From: Harriotta raleighana | Taxonomy: Eukaryota | Direction: 5' to 3' | DNA length: 63,350 bases | Assembly (NCBI GenBank): GCA_050575255.1 | Contig: JBNZDD010013727.1 | Coordinates: 4,117,175 to 4,180,524 of the forward strand | Position numbers and translations under genes: made by a program | Part shown: in pieces, positions 1 to 11,193 of the stretch | Layout: each line of letters begins with the position of its first letter | How positions within the stretch are numbered: position 1 is the stretch's first letter | The notes under the pieces: generated by a model | What the model saw: only the letters and a program-made list of their open reading frames with translations | Databases searched by the model: none | Told to the model about the DNA's origin: nothing

Positions 1-183
1 TTAATACATACAATAGAGATTGTCACAAAGTGACAGTCAAAAAAGTGGTGGTTCAAAATGGAATTCACTAATAGCAACTCAGAGTGATTCACACAGAATT
101 CTGTTAATAATAACAACAGTAACAACTTGCACTTAGACAGCACGCTCCACGAAGGGAGCACATAGACACACTTCAAGAACCAG

Positions 184-241
184 CTGACAATGTCGTCATT
201 ATCTGTCAGTTTTTTGACTGGCATTTTTGGGCATTATTTTT
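184..241. repeat. Left arm of perfect 58-bp inverted repeat (partner 1807-1864)
   Basis: CTGACAATGTCGTCATTATCTGTCAG...GGGCATTATTTTT is the exact reverse complement of 1807-1864. Confidence 0.95.
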
Positions 242-352
242 CCTCAGTATTGAGGTAAATTTGATATCCCATTCATGTGTTTGGCATGTTACATGCTGCT
301 TTTCACCTCCTGTCAATCAATCACAATTAACATCTGCTATTGTGGTTGTTGT

Positions 353-668
353 GGAGTCCTGTAGCTCAATGATAGAGCACTCACCTTACAAGCGTGGGTT
401 CTGTGTTCGAATCCAGGCAGGTCAGGGCGTAACCTTGGACAAGTTTCCTTGCTTCACACGCTTGATAATAATCCCTTCAAAAAACCAATAATAAATTGGG
501 TCATTTCAATCCACAACTGTTTGTGGGACACTACAGTCCGCAATCGGTTGCTGCATTTCACCCACAAATGTATAATCAATTCACTTTTCAATATATTCTG
601 TGAAGCACTTTGAGACGTTTAGAAGATGCGAAAAGTGCTACATCAAATGCAACAATTATTATTATTAT
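353..668 (+). mobile_element. Young tRNA-derived SINE, full length (partial Deu core, L2-type tail)
   Basis: GGAGTCCTGTAGCTCAATG A-box head, GTTCGAATCC B-box, CTGTTTGTGGGACACT core, GTGAAGCACTTTGAGAC...AAATGCAAC(ATT)n tail; many homologous copies in the window. Confidence 0.9.
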
Positions 669-943
669 GACAAGAAATTGTATTGTATACCTTCTGTGCT
701 TCACAGACTGAGGCTATCTGAATTGAGGGGCGTTTTATAAATGCAAGTACTTGTTGTTACACATAGTTATTTAGAATTGCATAGAATGGTCCTGCATGGA
801 AACAGGCCATTAGCAATGCACATAGATAACATAAGGTTATACCATCACAGAGATTCAAACACTTAAACCTAAAGATGTAATGTCATTATTTCATGAGCAG
901 AATCCATAGCACAGGAAAAGTTTGAAATAATTATGTGAGTGCA

Positions 944-1115
944 GTTACAACAATAACAACTTGCACTTGTAATAATAATCATCATCATCATCACCATAAT
1001 ATTAAAAACAATAATTTTCCTTGCATATGANGTTACAACAATAACAACTTGCACTTGTAATAATAATCATCATCATCACCATAATATTAAAAACAATAAT
1101 TTTCCTTGCATATGA
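944..1115. other. Probable assembly overlap duplication around single N (1031)
   Basis: 944-1030 repeated at 1032-1115, differing by one ATC microsatellite unit. Confidence 0.85.
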
Positions 1116-1310
1116 TACATAGCCCCTTCCATGCCGGGTGTGGCGAGGGGAGTGGGGTGATAGTGTGGGGCAGAGACAACCGTAATCACAGTCAAAAAGT
1201 AAAGTTTTCTGGTGGGCGCTGAGAAAGAAGATAGAGGGCAAGGCGGAAGGATTGAGGGAGAGTATTCTAGAGTTTCAGATGTAGTGGCTGAATGTGCAAA
1301 CTGATATTGC
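1032..1310 (-). mobile_element. L2-clade LINE 3' fragment
   Basis: ACAACAATAACAACTTGCAC tail followed by purine-rich segment like the other L2 ends in the window. Confidence 0.55.
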
Positions 1311-1806
1311 TGTGAATGTATGAAACTGCACGTTGGAAATACAGCATTTACAGTGCCAATGTTCAATTATAGAATCTAACCATTCAAATTATGAACTCAA
1401 CAAAGTTTATTCTCTAACAATATATACCATGCTGAATAACAGAATGGTTTCCCATGGTTCACTAGACAAGAATTCATATGATACACAGCACAGAAAACAG
1501 ATTTGACAGATATTGAAAAGGGAATTCTGTCATTAAAAAAGATGGATGTCATGCAGGCTAACATATAGCATGTTGTATGTATATTATATATCTATATATC
1601 TATGTATATATATCATATATATATACAGTATATGAAAAATAAGAAAAATGTGCAAACCTTATGATGGGATTAAGGAATTCATTGGTTTGGAAGTCAATGA
1701 TTTTCCATAGACTGCACACCATATATTCATGAACACCTTCATCAAGACATTGAACTGTTTACAGACAGTTGAATTGTTGCAGAACATCCAGGCCATTCTA
1801 ATCCTT

Positions 1807-1864
1807 AAAAATAATGCCCAAAAATGCCAGTCAAAAAACTGACAGATAATGACGACATTGTCAG
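1807..1864. repeat. Right arm of perfect 58-bp inverted repeat (partner 184-241)
   Basis: Exact reverse complement of 184-241. Confidence 0.95.
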
Positions 1865-3177
1865 TGGAATCAGTGGAAAACTTATGTTTACTGGGCCTCG
1901 TAAACTAGTGAAGTTGCTCTGGATTTTGCTTCTATAGTGAGTATTTATGGGTTTGAACCCACAACCTTCTGTCCTGGAGGTAAGTATGTTATCGAATAAG
2001 TCAAGTAGACTAGACTATTACAACTACACAATATTAATAATGTATCCATGTTAGTTTCACCTTGGCCTTTTATGGAGGAAAGGCAAATATGGAGGCTCAC
2101 ATTAGCCTCGCCTGACTCAATTATAGTAAAAAAAAATATTTACTGCAATAGAACCTCTTAAATGTTCGATATACCAATGGAAAAAGTCTGCAATCAATTC
2201 GCAAATCACATTGGAGAATAAGCCACGCTTATCACATTCCTCCTGCAGTATATATCTATTCAGTATTCCACTGAGATATCTTAATACTTTTCTGTAGAAA
2301 GACACTTTCCAGATTGCTATTCTATGGACCATCCGTTGATGGGAGGGTCTTTTAGTCTCCAGTGTCTTTTCCTTTTCTAAGCCAATCTTTCAACAGTACT
2401 TCATACATAGGTTGAGCACTGCAGCATAGCAGCTGCTCATCTTCCTGAGTAGAATTACAACTCCATCTGGAACATTCAGTCTGATTTGTTTTTTTATCTC
2501 TTTGGGTCCTGACAGCATTATTCATGGGGAAGGTGCCTTGCTAGTGCATCTTTCAGCAAGGGTGCATTCAGAATACTGCATTATTGTAATATCATGCAAA
2601 GTGAATTCACAGCACATAATGCAACGTTTGAAAACATGTTCATTAGTTCTCTGTATTGATGACTGATGCCTCCACTTGCAGCAGTACAGCAGGGTTAACT
2701 GTTTTCATTATCACGGTGCTGCATGGAAATAAAAATCAATTCTCATCACACTGTCCGTTGTTAAATTAACACTTGGACAGAATGTAACTGGAAAACTCAG
2801 TAATTGTTTTCCGACTTGGAAAATGCTGCCCAGTTCAAATTAGTAGCATCCACCCACTAATCATTGGCTTAATTATATAATTATTTATATAAATAAAATG
2901 TTGATTTTTTTTGATTTGATTAATTGGTCTTGAGAATTGATCAAATTCTCTATGGTATTTGGGATGCAGTATAATGTTTGGACAGGGACAGGTTGAATCG
3001 TGCAGATTGGACGATTTTGATAGATTCTCAATACATTGTGGTGAACAAGGAGCAAGAAAGAAATTTCATTTTTATAGTGGTTTATCATGGTGAAAAACCT
3101 CAAAATAATTCCTGTCAAATGTAGTGATTGCTTCTCTAGAAATATTTGCACCAGGGATATCTCAAAAACAGCTACAT

Positions 3178-3494
3178 GGAGTCCAGTATCTTAGTGGCTA
3201 GAACAATCGCCTCGCAAGCAAAAGGTTGTGGGTTTGATTCCCAGCAGGGACGAAACGTTGGGCTAGTTTTCTTACTCTACACACCTCTGTTAACCTAGCA
3301 GTAAGTAGGAACCCAGTTGTTAGTTGATTGCTGGATCGCTTCTCCAAGGGTAATAATTCTTTCAAAGTACAGTATATATTTTAAATAATTTGGTCACTCA
3401 ATCCACAATTGTTTGGGAGACTTTGCTGTGCTGTGAAGTGCTTTGAGATTTCTGCACGATATGAAAAGTGCATATCAAACACAAGGATTATTAT
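3178..3494 (+). mobile_element. tRNA-derived SINE, variant subfamily with ACCTAGCAGTAAGTAGGAACCCAG block
   Basis: Same head and tail as 353-668 plus an extra central block shared with 8515-8786, 23367-23695 and 55658-55918; sits tail-to-tail with an older minus-strand SINE starting ~3495. Confidence 0.8.
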
Positions 3495-3770
3495 AATAAT
3501 AATAATCCTGACATTTATATCGCGCTTTCCACATCTTATCGACTTCTCAAAGCGCTTTACTATTAAGTGATCAATTAATCTGGAGGATTTTATCTGCATT
3601 CTAGAAGAAGCTTCCTTCTTTTAAAATATTATCATGAATTCTTTAATAACTTCTTCAACAAGCAATGGGTCTTTGATTTAATTTATCAGACAAAAAATAT
3701 TTTCCAAAAATGCTACATACACTTCCCCAATGTTCCACTGGAAACACAGACTATCATCTCAAGTCCTGCT

Positions 3771-3945
3771 CATAGGTGGGATGCATAGAATTCTCAGTTT
3801 AGTTTGGATACTCTTAAACATTGTGATGGGTTTCCACATGTATCAGATACCTGGCTGGCCAAAAGAAAGATCAAGTCCCTATGTCGGGTTTGATACATAA
3901 TCTTCTTTTAAGGCAGTAAATAAATTGGCTAGAATTCCTGTGTCA
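3771..3945 (+). mobile_element. 3' fragment of the unclassified ~600-bp repeat family (see 26810-27372)
   Basis: TAGGTGGGATGCATAGAATTCTCAGTTTAGTTTGGATACTCTTAA aligns with 27238-27282 and the 32.3 and 61.9 kb copies. Confidence 0.7.
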
Positions 3946-5552
3946 GTTGATGGTAGATATGCTGTAGAAAGATTGAGCTTGATCAGCAAAAACAGCTTTT
4001 CTCATTGCAATCTTTCATGTATTTTTGTAAAATACTGTTGCCCTGCTACAACCATTTGAGTACATTTGAAGATACCAATACGTGTTGTGGTTAACAAAAG
4101 CAGAGCAAGACAGTGGTGGAGTAAGACATAATAGTAATTACCCCTGTTCAGATGATGACATGAAAGCAATGGCATTGTTTATACAATAAATGTTTTCCTT
4201 TGCTGAACAATGACACTTGGATGCATAAAGCTCTTAAAAAGGAAAGGTGGAAAGGGAGATTGTGGTGGAAAGCAGACTTTATTCTAAACATTTTATCATC
4301 AATGCAAGCATGGATCAAGATCAGTATAGTCATTTTCATTTATTGGTGGTCGAGCATAATATTGATAGCCTACAAAAATTGAATGATAAGTAGCATATCA
4401 TTGAACAACCCCTCTGAAATATCATAATCTCCACTGTGACATGTTTTGCTTATAGCTCCCTCTCTAATAGAGATATCATATATAACAACTACTGTACTAA
4501 AACTTCTTCTGGCTACAACAGATTATTTGATGATTTAGACACCCGCTGAACAATATATTAACAGTATATCTGGACAATAATATTTTATTTGCCAAACTAA
4601 TTGCAATCCCTATTTTTATTCATAGTTTCCTTGTGTGTATTGTTGGACAGGTTATAATACTAACTTATATGTTGACATGCATTTGATAATAGCTCTGCTG
4701 AACAAGCTAGCCTACCTAAGAAAAAAGACTGTCCTAGTTTCAACCAGAAGAGCATACTGTTGGTATATGTATTACGCAGGATTATCCTGGGATCAAATAA
4801 CAAAAGGAAATAAATAAATATTCAGTAGGAGGGAGAATGGAAAAGGAAGAGCTGTGGAATTCATGTTCAGCATCTAAAGCAGTGGAACAAGTGCAAGGAC
4901 TGAATAATGAAGGAGCAAATATGTATTCCGCATGCCAGGAATGTTTCTGTAGGAGTGGTGTTAGAATTATTTAAAAAGGTTAGCCTATGAATAAACATGT
5001 TTCATCAAGGTCTCCTGCAAAAGACCTTAATGACTATCACCAAGGGTTTCAGAAATTAATAGTGCAAGGAATTCTGTTAAAATTCACAGCTTTAGTTATT
5101 TAGCCAGTACTTTTATCTTGTCCACCACAATTTGCATATTTCTGCTCAATTCTTGCTACAATTATTAGCTTTTCATTCTGAATGTTGGAACACCACCTTA
5201 CTTCTCTGAAACTAGTCAGATCAAGTTTATGTTTCTTCTGAAGTATTACTAAAACAACCTGCTGAAACCACTGGTGAATTATGTTGAAGAATGTGATGAT
5301 AAATTAATGGAACTCATAGATCAGCCATCACTCATGGGTCAGTTTACTGAAGATTTTTGCCTATTTGCAATGTTTTAAAAGTGCATACTGAAGAAATACA
5401 AATATATTCGCCCACAAATATGTACAGTAAATTCACTTTACAGTATATTCTGTGAAGCACTTTGAGACGTCAATAAGATGTGAATAGCACTATATTAAAT
5501 GCAAGGATTATTATTATTATACTATAAGGTATAATATTATAGTATTATACTA

Positions 5553-5678
5553 AACTATTCACATGATGAACAATTAAGTTTTAATAACTGATTCATATTG
5601 ACTGCTNAACTATTCACATGATGAACTCATTCACATGATGAACAATTAAGTTTTAATAACTGATTCATATTGACTGCT
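5553..5678. other. Probable assembly overlap duplication around single N (5607)
   Basis: 5553-5606 repeated after the N with a 17-bp internal duplication. Confidence 0.8.
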
Positions 5679-5971
5679 AAATTTATAGAAATCTGTAAAT
5701 AACAATAAACAATGCAAAGTCAACAAAAATGAGCAGCCTATTCCTAACTGCAAAGAAACAATTGTTGTTAGACAAGATGTGAAGTCGTTAGACAAGATGT
5801 GAGTTTGTTCTGTATGTAGCACCTGGAAGATAGAATATTTCAAATATAGAGAGTTTAACAGAACCTTTATATTTATGTGAATGCTGAAGGCTTGCTTTGC
5901 TACATGGTTTTAATTTGGGTCAAAACAAAGATTATTTCTCGCCACCTTTAAACTGAATCAGGTTTAATTTT

Positions 5972-6100
5972 ACAGAAATACAAATCACTGGGAACACTCG
6001 AGTCAGGCATTATCTATGGAGAAAGGAAAAATGAGTCAACGTTTCGGGTCCACGACCCTTCGTCAGAGCTCAATTTCTGATGACCCTTTGTCTGAACTCA
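5972..6100 (-). mobile_element. Penelope-type repeat arm carrying a hammerhead motif
   Basis: Homologous to the left arm of the palindrome at 29593-29826; opposite arm truncated after TTCTGATGA. Confidence 0.7.
6032..6072 (-). ncRNA. Minimal type I hammerhead ribozyme motif (Penelope-type)
   Basis: Minus strand reads UGAGCU-CUGACGA-A-GGGUC-GUG-GACCC-GAAAC-GUU-GACUCA: both core boxes, perfect 5-bp stem II, stem I with one mismatch, GUU as putative cleavage triplet. Confidence 0.6.
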
Positions 6101-6281
6101 ACTTAATTTTACAGTTTTGTTTCTTGATAAATAATTTTTATTATTGTTTCTTTTAATTTCTGAGTGTTGAATTGATAATAGTAATTTTTCCCCATTTTCT
6201 CTGTATTATAGGTGCTATATTATTCCTCATTGTTTGAGCAGATGTCACTTCAAGGGCCTTTTAACATCTAAATATAGCAGT

Positions 6282-6640
6282 GTCAGACTGGCGCAATTGG
6301 TAACACACTGATACATAAGTCATTGAAGGTTTTGAGTTCAAACTCAGCTTTAAGATTTGAGCTCATAATCTAGGCTAACACTTCAATGCGGTACTGATAG
6401 ATTGTTTGACATCCTGTTATCTGGATGAGACATTAGACCAAGACCCCATGTAGATGTTAAAAAGAAAATTACACTATTTGAAGAGTGAAGTAAGATTTCT
6501 CCAATCCTCTCTGAATTAATTGTTCATTCACCTCATATAAACCACTACCAGGTTCCCTGCTAGAAAATAGTCACTGCATTTAAGGATACATTCTTGTAAA
6601 GAATTTAAGACATTTTGTTATTTCTAGTCAAAGTGCTCAT
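6282..6640 (+). mobile_element. Old DeuSINE-like element
   Basis: Decayed tRNA head, CATAATCTAGGCTAACACTTCAATGCGGTACTGA and GGATGAGACATTAGACC blocks shared with 22182-22578 and 41970-42345. Confidence 0.65.
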
Positions 6641-6784
6641 TGCACTGAAGTCAACTTTGTTACACAGCGAGAAATCTTTATCAACTGGGGATCTTATAAA
6701 ACATTAGAGAACAAGGAAAACAGCTCAATGGGATTTTGAGTTGTGAAATACAAATCCCAGATAATGTACTCAATACGTATGACT

Positions 6785-7075
6785 AAAATCACAAGAAGTT
6801 CAGATGAGCAAGACCCTTTGGTCCATTTTATCTCATTCTTCCAGAATACCCAGCCCACAGTATCATTAGAGCATCAAACTGTCCATTAGTGGGTCCAGCT
6901 TCTTAGCCTTAACCACCTTTCCTAAAAACTCGGTAAGAGATTCTTACTGGTGTCTGTTCTAAAGTGTCCTTTGCAACCATGAATCAGTGCCCTACTTGTG
7001 CTGATGTCTTGGTTTATCTGAAAGCAGAACTCTGTGTTTACTTTCTCAATACCATTTTAAATCTTGCATACCTAA
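6785..7075 (-). mobile_element. Old CR1-like LINE 3' fragment
   Basis: AGACCCTTTGGTCCAT...ACCACCTTTCC pattern similar to other CR1 ends (11194, 62894). Confidence 0.45.
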
Positions 7076-7376
7076 TTGTTCAAGATCAATCCAATTATGC
7101 ACTCAATAAATTTTGAGATTATTCTGACATCCTAAACATAGCAGACAACCTGTTTACTCTAGGATTACTATTGTCTAGAGAATGAATCGTCTCGGACTAA
7201 TTGTCACCACATGAGTATCAAAGTGGAATATTATCTCTTGTTCTTTAAGCAGATATCCCTTCAGGGGCCTTTTTAACATCTAAATATAGCATTGTCAGTT
7301 TGGCTCAATTGGTAACACTCATAAAAGCATAAGAATTTTCTTGCCGAAAGAAGACCAAGGTCCACCTAGTTTGCCT

Positions 7377-7966
7377 TAATAATAATTATCCTTCAATTTG
7401 ATATGACACTTTTCGTGTCTTCTAGACATCCTAAAGCACTTCACAGGAATATACTGTAAAGTGAATTGACTGTATATATCAATCAATAATTAGATTTATA
7501 TAGCGTCTTTCACATCAGGAGGATGTCTCAAGGCGCTGAACAATCAAGTAGGGATCAGACCAGGGGGGAGTGGAGGAGGGGTCGGGATAAGGAAAGTAGG
7601 AAAATTGACTGTATATTTGTGGGTGAGACGCGGCAGTCAAATTGAGCACAGCAGTGTCCCATAAACAGTCATGGAAGTGGGTTTAGGGGAGAAAGGGGGA
7701 AAAGGAAAGGGGTCGAGGTAGGGGGAAGGAGAGCAGGAAAAAACAAATGTATATTTGTAGGCGAAATGCGGCAGCCAATTGCGCATAGCAGTGTCCCACA
7801 AACAGTTGTGGATTGAATTGACCAATTTATTATTGTTTTCTTTTTGAAGGTATATTATCAGGCATGTGGAGAAAGGAAACTTGCCCAAGGTTTCACCCTG
7901 CCTGGAATCGATCCTATGTCTCTCGCTTGTAGAGCGAGTGCTTTAATCACTGAGCTGCAGGATTCC
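7377..7966 (-). mobile_element. Young tRNA-derived SINE, interrupted by 7478-7747
   Basis: Reverse complement of the 353-668 family: tail 7377-7477, body and head 7748-7966. Confidence 0.88.
7478..7747 (-). mobile_element. Headless retroposon: pyrimidine tract + Deu core + L2-type tail ending (GATT)n
   Basis: Flanked by TGTATAT direct repeat (7471-7477, 7748-7754); colinear with 59960-60173. Confidence 0.8.
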
Positions 7967-8514
7967 ACAAATCCTTGACATGTTGCTTGACATGTTGTAT
8001 TGCAAACTATATACTATATCCTGAGATGTTATTCTCTTGCAGAAATCTATCTAATTCATTCTTGAAACAATTGACATTTTTGGCTTTCACTTCTCCCAAG
8101 AGAGCCTCTTCCATATGTTTAATAATCGCCAGTGAAGTATTGTTTCCACAGATTTGTACTGAGTTTTCCCGCCTGACACTCTGATAATTAGGTCATTGAG
8201 AGTTGTGAATGCAACCTCAAATTTGGGAGCACATAACCTAGGCTAACATTTCAGTGGATTGTTAGAAGTGCCTTTGTCTGCTTAGACAATTTGAACCGAG
8301 ACCTCATGTCAATGTTAAAGAGCCATTAATACTATATAGATGAAACCAGAAGGAGGGTTTCCCATGGTACCTCCTAACCATCAATCCTCTCTGAATTAAT
8401 TGATCACAATTGATCATTTTACTACAACTTTATGTTATTTATTCATACTTATAAATATCATTGGGAATCATACAAATCACAAAGAATAATGCAAGCTGAT
8501 TATTTCAATAAATT

Positions 8515-8786
8515 TAATTATAGTCCTTGCATTTGATACAGTGCCTTATCACATCTTCTAAAATGTCTCAAAATACGTCATAGAATATACAGTAAAGTGA
8601 ATTGTCTGTACATTTTATGGGTGAATCGCAGCAGCCAATTGCACACAGCAATGCCCCATAAACATTTGTAAATTGAGTGATGAAATTATTGTTATTTATT
8701 TATTTTTGAACGTATTATTACCCCCAGAAAAGCAATCCATCATTCGACTAACAACAGATTCCTATTTACTGCTCGGTAAACAGCGG
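8515..8786 (-). mobile_element. SINE, variant subfamily, 5'-truncated
   Basis: TCCTTGCATTTGATA tail, GCAGCCAATTGCACACAGCAATG core, CCTATTTACTGCT block. Confidence 0.75.
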
Positions 8787-9485
8787 TAAACATAATAACT
8801 ATAAGAACATCTTATAGGGATGTATCTAACTGTAGTGTTGTGTAATTTGAGCATAAAAGACAAGAACAGATGAAACATGGAATGACTGCAAGCTAATCAG
8901 CCATAATTTACAGTTCCTCGGGCCATACAGTGATGATGTTTCATTATTAATTATAATTAATCATTATAATTAATTAATTATTAGTACACATTCTCATGAT
9001 TCACAAGATTGGTTCAGATAAAACTGATTTAATCTCATCCTTCCAGAATACCAATCCTACTATCTTCTCATTACAGAACCAAACTGTTTTTCAAATGAGG
9101 CAAAAATCCAGAAATCTACCATTTTCTCTATTAACCTATTTTGTCTGTAATTACCCTCTGTATAAAGATAAACTCTGTTCTAAAATTGCCCTGATAAACC
9201 TGAATGTGTGACCTCTCTTGTCCTTCAGTATTAGTACAAATATTTTATTTGTGTAATGTAGTATTTGACGGTTCTTGTTGGTATTTTTAATGTGTTGCAA
9301 CTGCATTCTGACCACGTTCCTATTAAAATAACATTATAGTACATGAGCAACAGAAATAAAAGTGATTTTTTTGTGTTTTCATAATGTATTGCTTCTGGGT
9401 TGTCTATTGCTTTACTTGATTGTTCTTCCCTTCTTAAAGGTTGTGACTTGCTATTGACCTTTCCTGTAGGTTTACAATTATTGAA

Positions 9486-10045
9486 AGTAAAAGCCCGTTT
9501 ATCCATGACTCGATGAACCACAATTTACGTTTAACTGGCACATCAAACAAAAAGGCCCCATCCGATAAACCAGAAGTTATCTAACAGAACGGCAATGGTG
9601 CATTTAATTAATTGACTATCGCACGAGAATACGTACAGTTATTTTGGCTTGCCACAAGTAAAGCCTGAAAGTCAAGCTGCCATTTTTTTTCCTCCCATGG
9701 CAGCAGCCATTGCAGAAGTTAAGTACAAATAATAAAGTACTAATACAATATTCTGTTATTACAGTATCTGTTATTACTGTATTTAGTCTATTATTTACAT
9801 GGTACAGTGTACAACATTTACAATAAAGTACCCATACAATATTCTGTTATTATCTGTTACTATTTAGTCTATTATTAATATGGTATGTGTTAAAATAAGT
9901 TAATTTTTTTGTGTTGGGTTTTTGGCGTCGGATCCGACCATTATTATCTATTATCATTTAGTCTATTAATAATATGGTATGTGTTAAAATAATTTTTAAT
10001 TAAAAATAAATAATTTTTTTGTGTTGGGTTTTCGGTGTTGGATCC
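9486..10045. mobile_element. Tc1/mariner (Tigger-like) MITE, right end missing
   Basis: AGTAAAAGCCCGTTTATCC left TIR; colinear with 53465-53992; internal repeats of TTTAGTCTATTA-containing block. Confidence 0.75.
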
Positions 10046-10064
10046 TGCTTACAGCTGGAGAAAC

Positions 10065-10192
10065 AGGTGTTTGGAATAAGGATACAGACATGTGGAATAA
10101 GGAAACTTGCCCAACATTTTGCCTTGCCGGGAATAGAACCCAGGTCTCTCACTTCTGAGGCAAGTGCTCTAACCACTGAGATATAGCACTCC
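10065..10192 (-). mobile_element. SINE head fragment
   Basis: GAACCCAGGTCTCTC...GTGCTCTAACCACTGAG is the reverse complement of the SINE tRNA head. Confidence 0.75.
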
Positions 10193-10618
10193 ACTATTGG
10201 TCAATGTTGTAGGTATTATGTCATATTTATAAGTGGACTGAAGTGATCTATGATCAATTGATAACTATTGTCAAAGTTCAATCTAATGTTAAGATGTCTG
10301 AGCATTTAACCTACTTTCATAGAGGAAAGGCTATACCTTTATAGCGACTAATTACATTTGCATACAACTTCTAAATGGATTTTTCCAAACCTTTTCTTGC
10401 ATAAGACTCAAATAGACCATTAGTCAAACTGCCGTTTGTGATGTTGACTTCTAATAGGATTGCTAAGGAATATTACTCCATTGAAGGGCAGCACCCAATC
10501 TTTTGGTTCTTTCCCCTACATGATTAGAGATTCAAGCCTATGTTCAACATGGCATGTTCATTCTTCAAACAGGCTGCAACCTCAACCTCAGGGTTAATTT
10601 TTTTAAATATTACTTTAA

Positions 10619-10686
10619 CATGTAATATATAAACCTGATCTTAAGACATTTGCATGTAATATATAAACCTGATCTTATGACATTGG
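10619..10686. repeat. Tandem duplication, 34-bp unit x2
   Basis: CATGTAATATATAAACCTGATCTTA(A/T)GACATT(T/G)G twice, no N between. Confidence 0.85.
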
Positions 10687-11193
10687 CTTGGTGGCACAGT
10701 ACTTTGCTGCATCATTGCCCTGAAGCATGAAGTGATGGGATGTAGGTATACATCCACAATTGTCCACGTGGTGATTTCCCGATCTGTGAGTCTGCTGGAG
10801 GAGGAGTGAAAGTGAAGAATGCTCCCAATTTGAGTAAGAGAAAATCAGAGAGTGAATCAACCCAGGCAGTTCTTGTGCACTTGTTAATAAATGATTACAA
10901 AGCAGCAACAGTAAAGGTCTCTGAACAGGGCACCAGCTTGCAATCACAACTAATGGATGTTATATGGCATTCATCGACTTCAAACAGCATTAAAACGAGT
11001 AACTAACATAATGAGAGTGGGTTGTCAACCTAGGCGATTCTATTGAATTATGCAATAAAACATAAAATACAACAAATACAAGATCTGCATTTATGCTTAT
11101 AAAATGTATTTTTCACAAACTCTTTATATATTAACAAAGGATTTGTTTTAAAAATTAAAGCCTGTGCAAGAAGCCTGGAATTTTTCTATTTGT

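Larger units (their letters stand above)
7321..8175 (-). mobile_element. CR1-like 3' fragment interrupted by SINE 7377-7966
   Basis: CATAAGAA tail, AAGACCAAGGTCCACCTAG, resumes ~7970 with CTATCTAATTCATTCTTGAA; flanked by ACACTC (7315-7320 and 8176-8181). Confidence 0.6.

Noticed and set aside
353-425. tRNA gene (also heads at 11888, 24166, 29845, 35564, 62005)
   Set aside because: A/B boxes present but no closing acceptor stem, and each continues into the SINE body
9735-10045. CRISPR-like spaced repeats
   Set aside because: Irregular internal duplications of a MITE in eukaryotic DNA; no constant repeat-spacer period or cas genes
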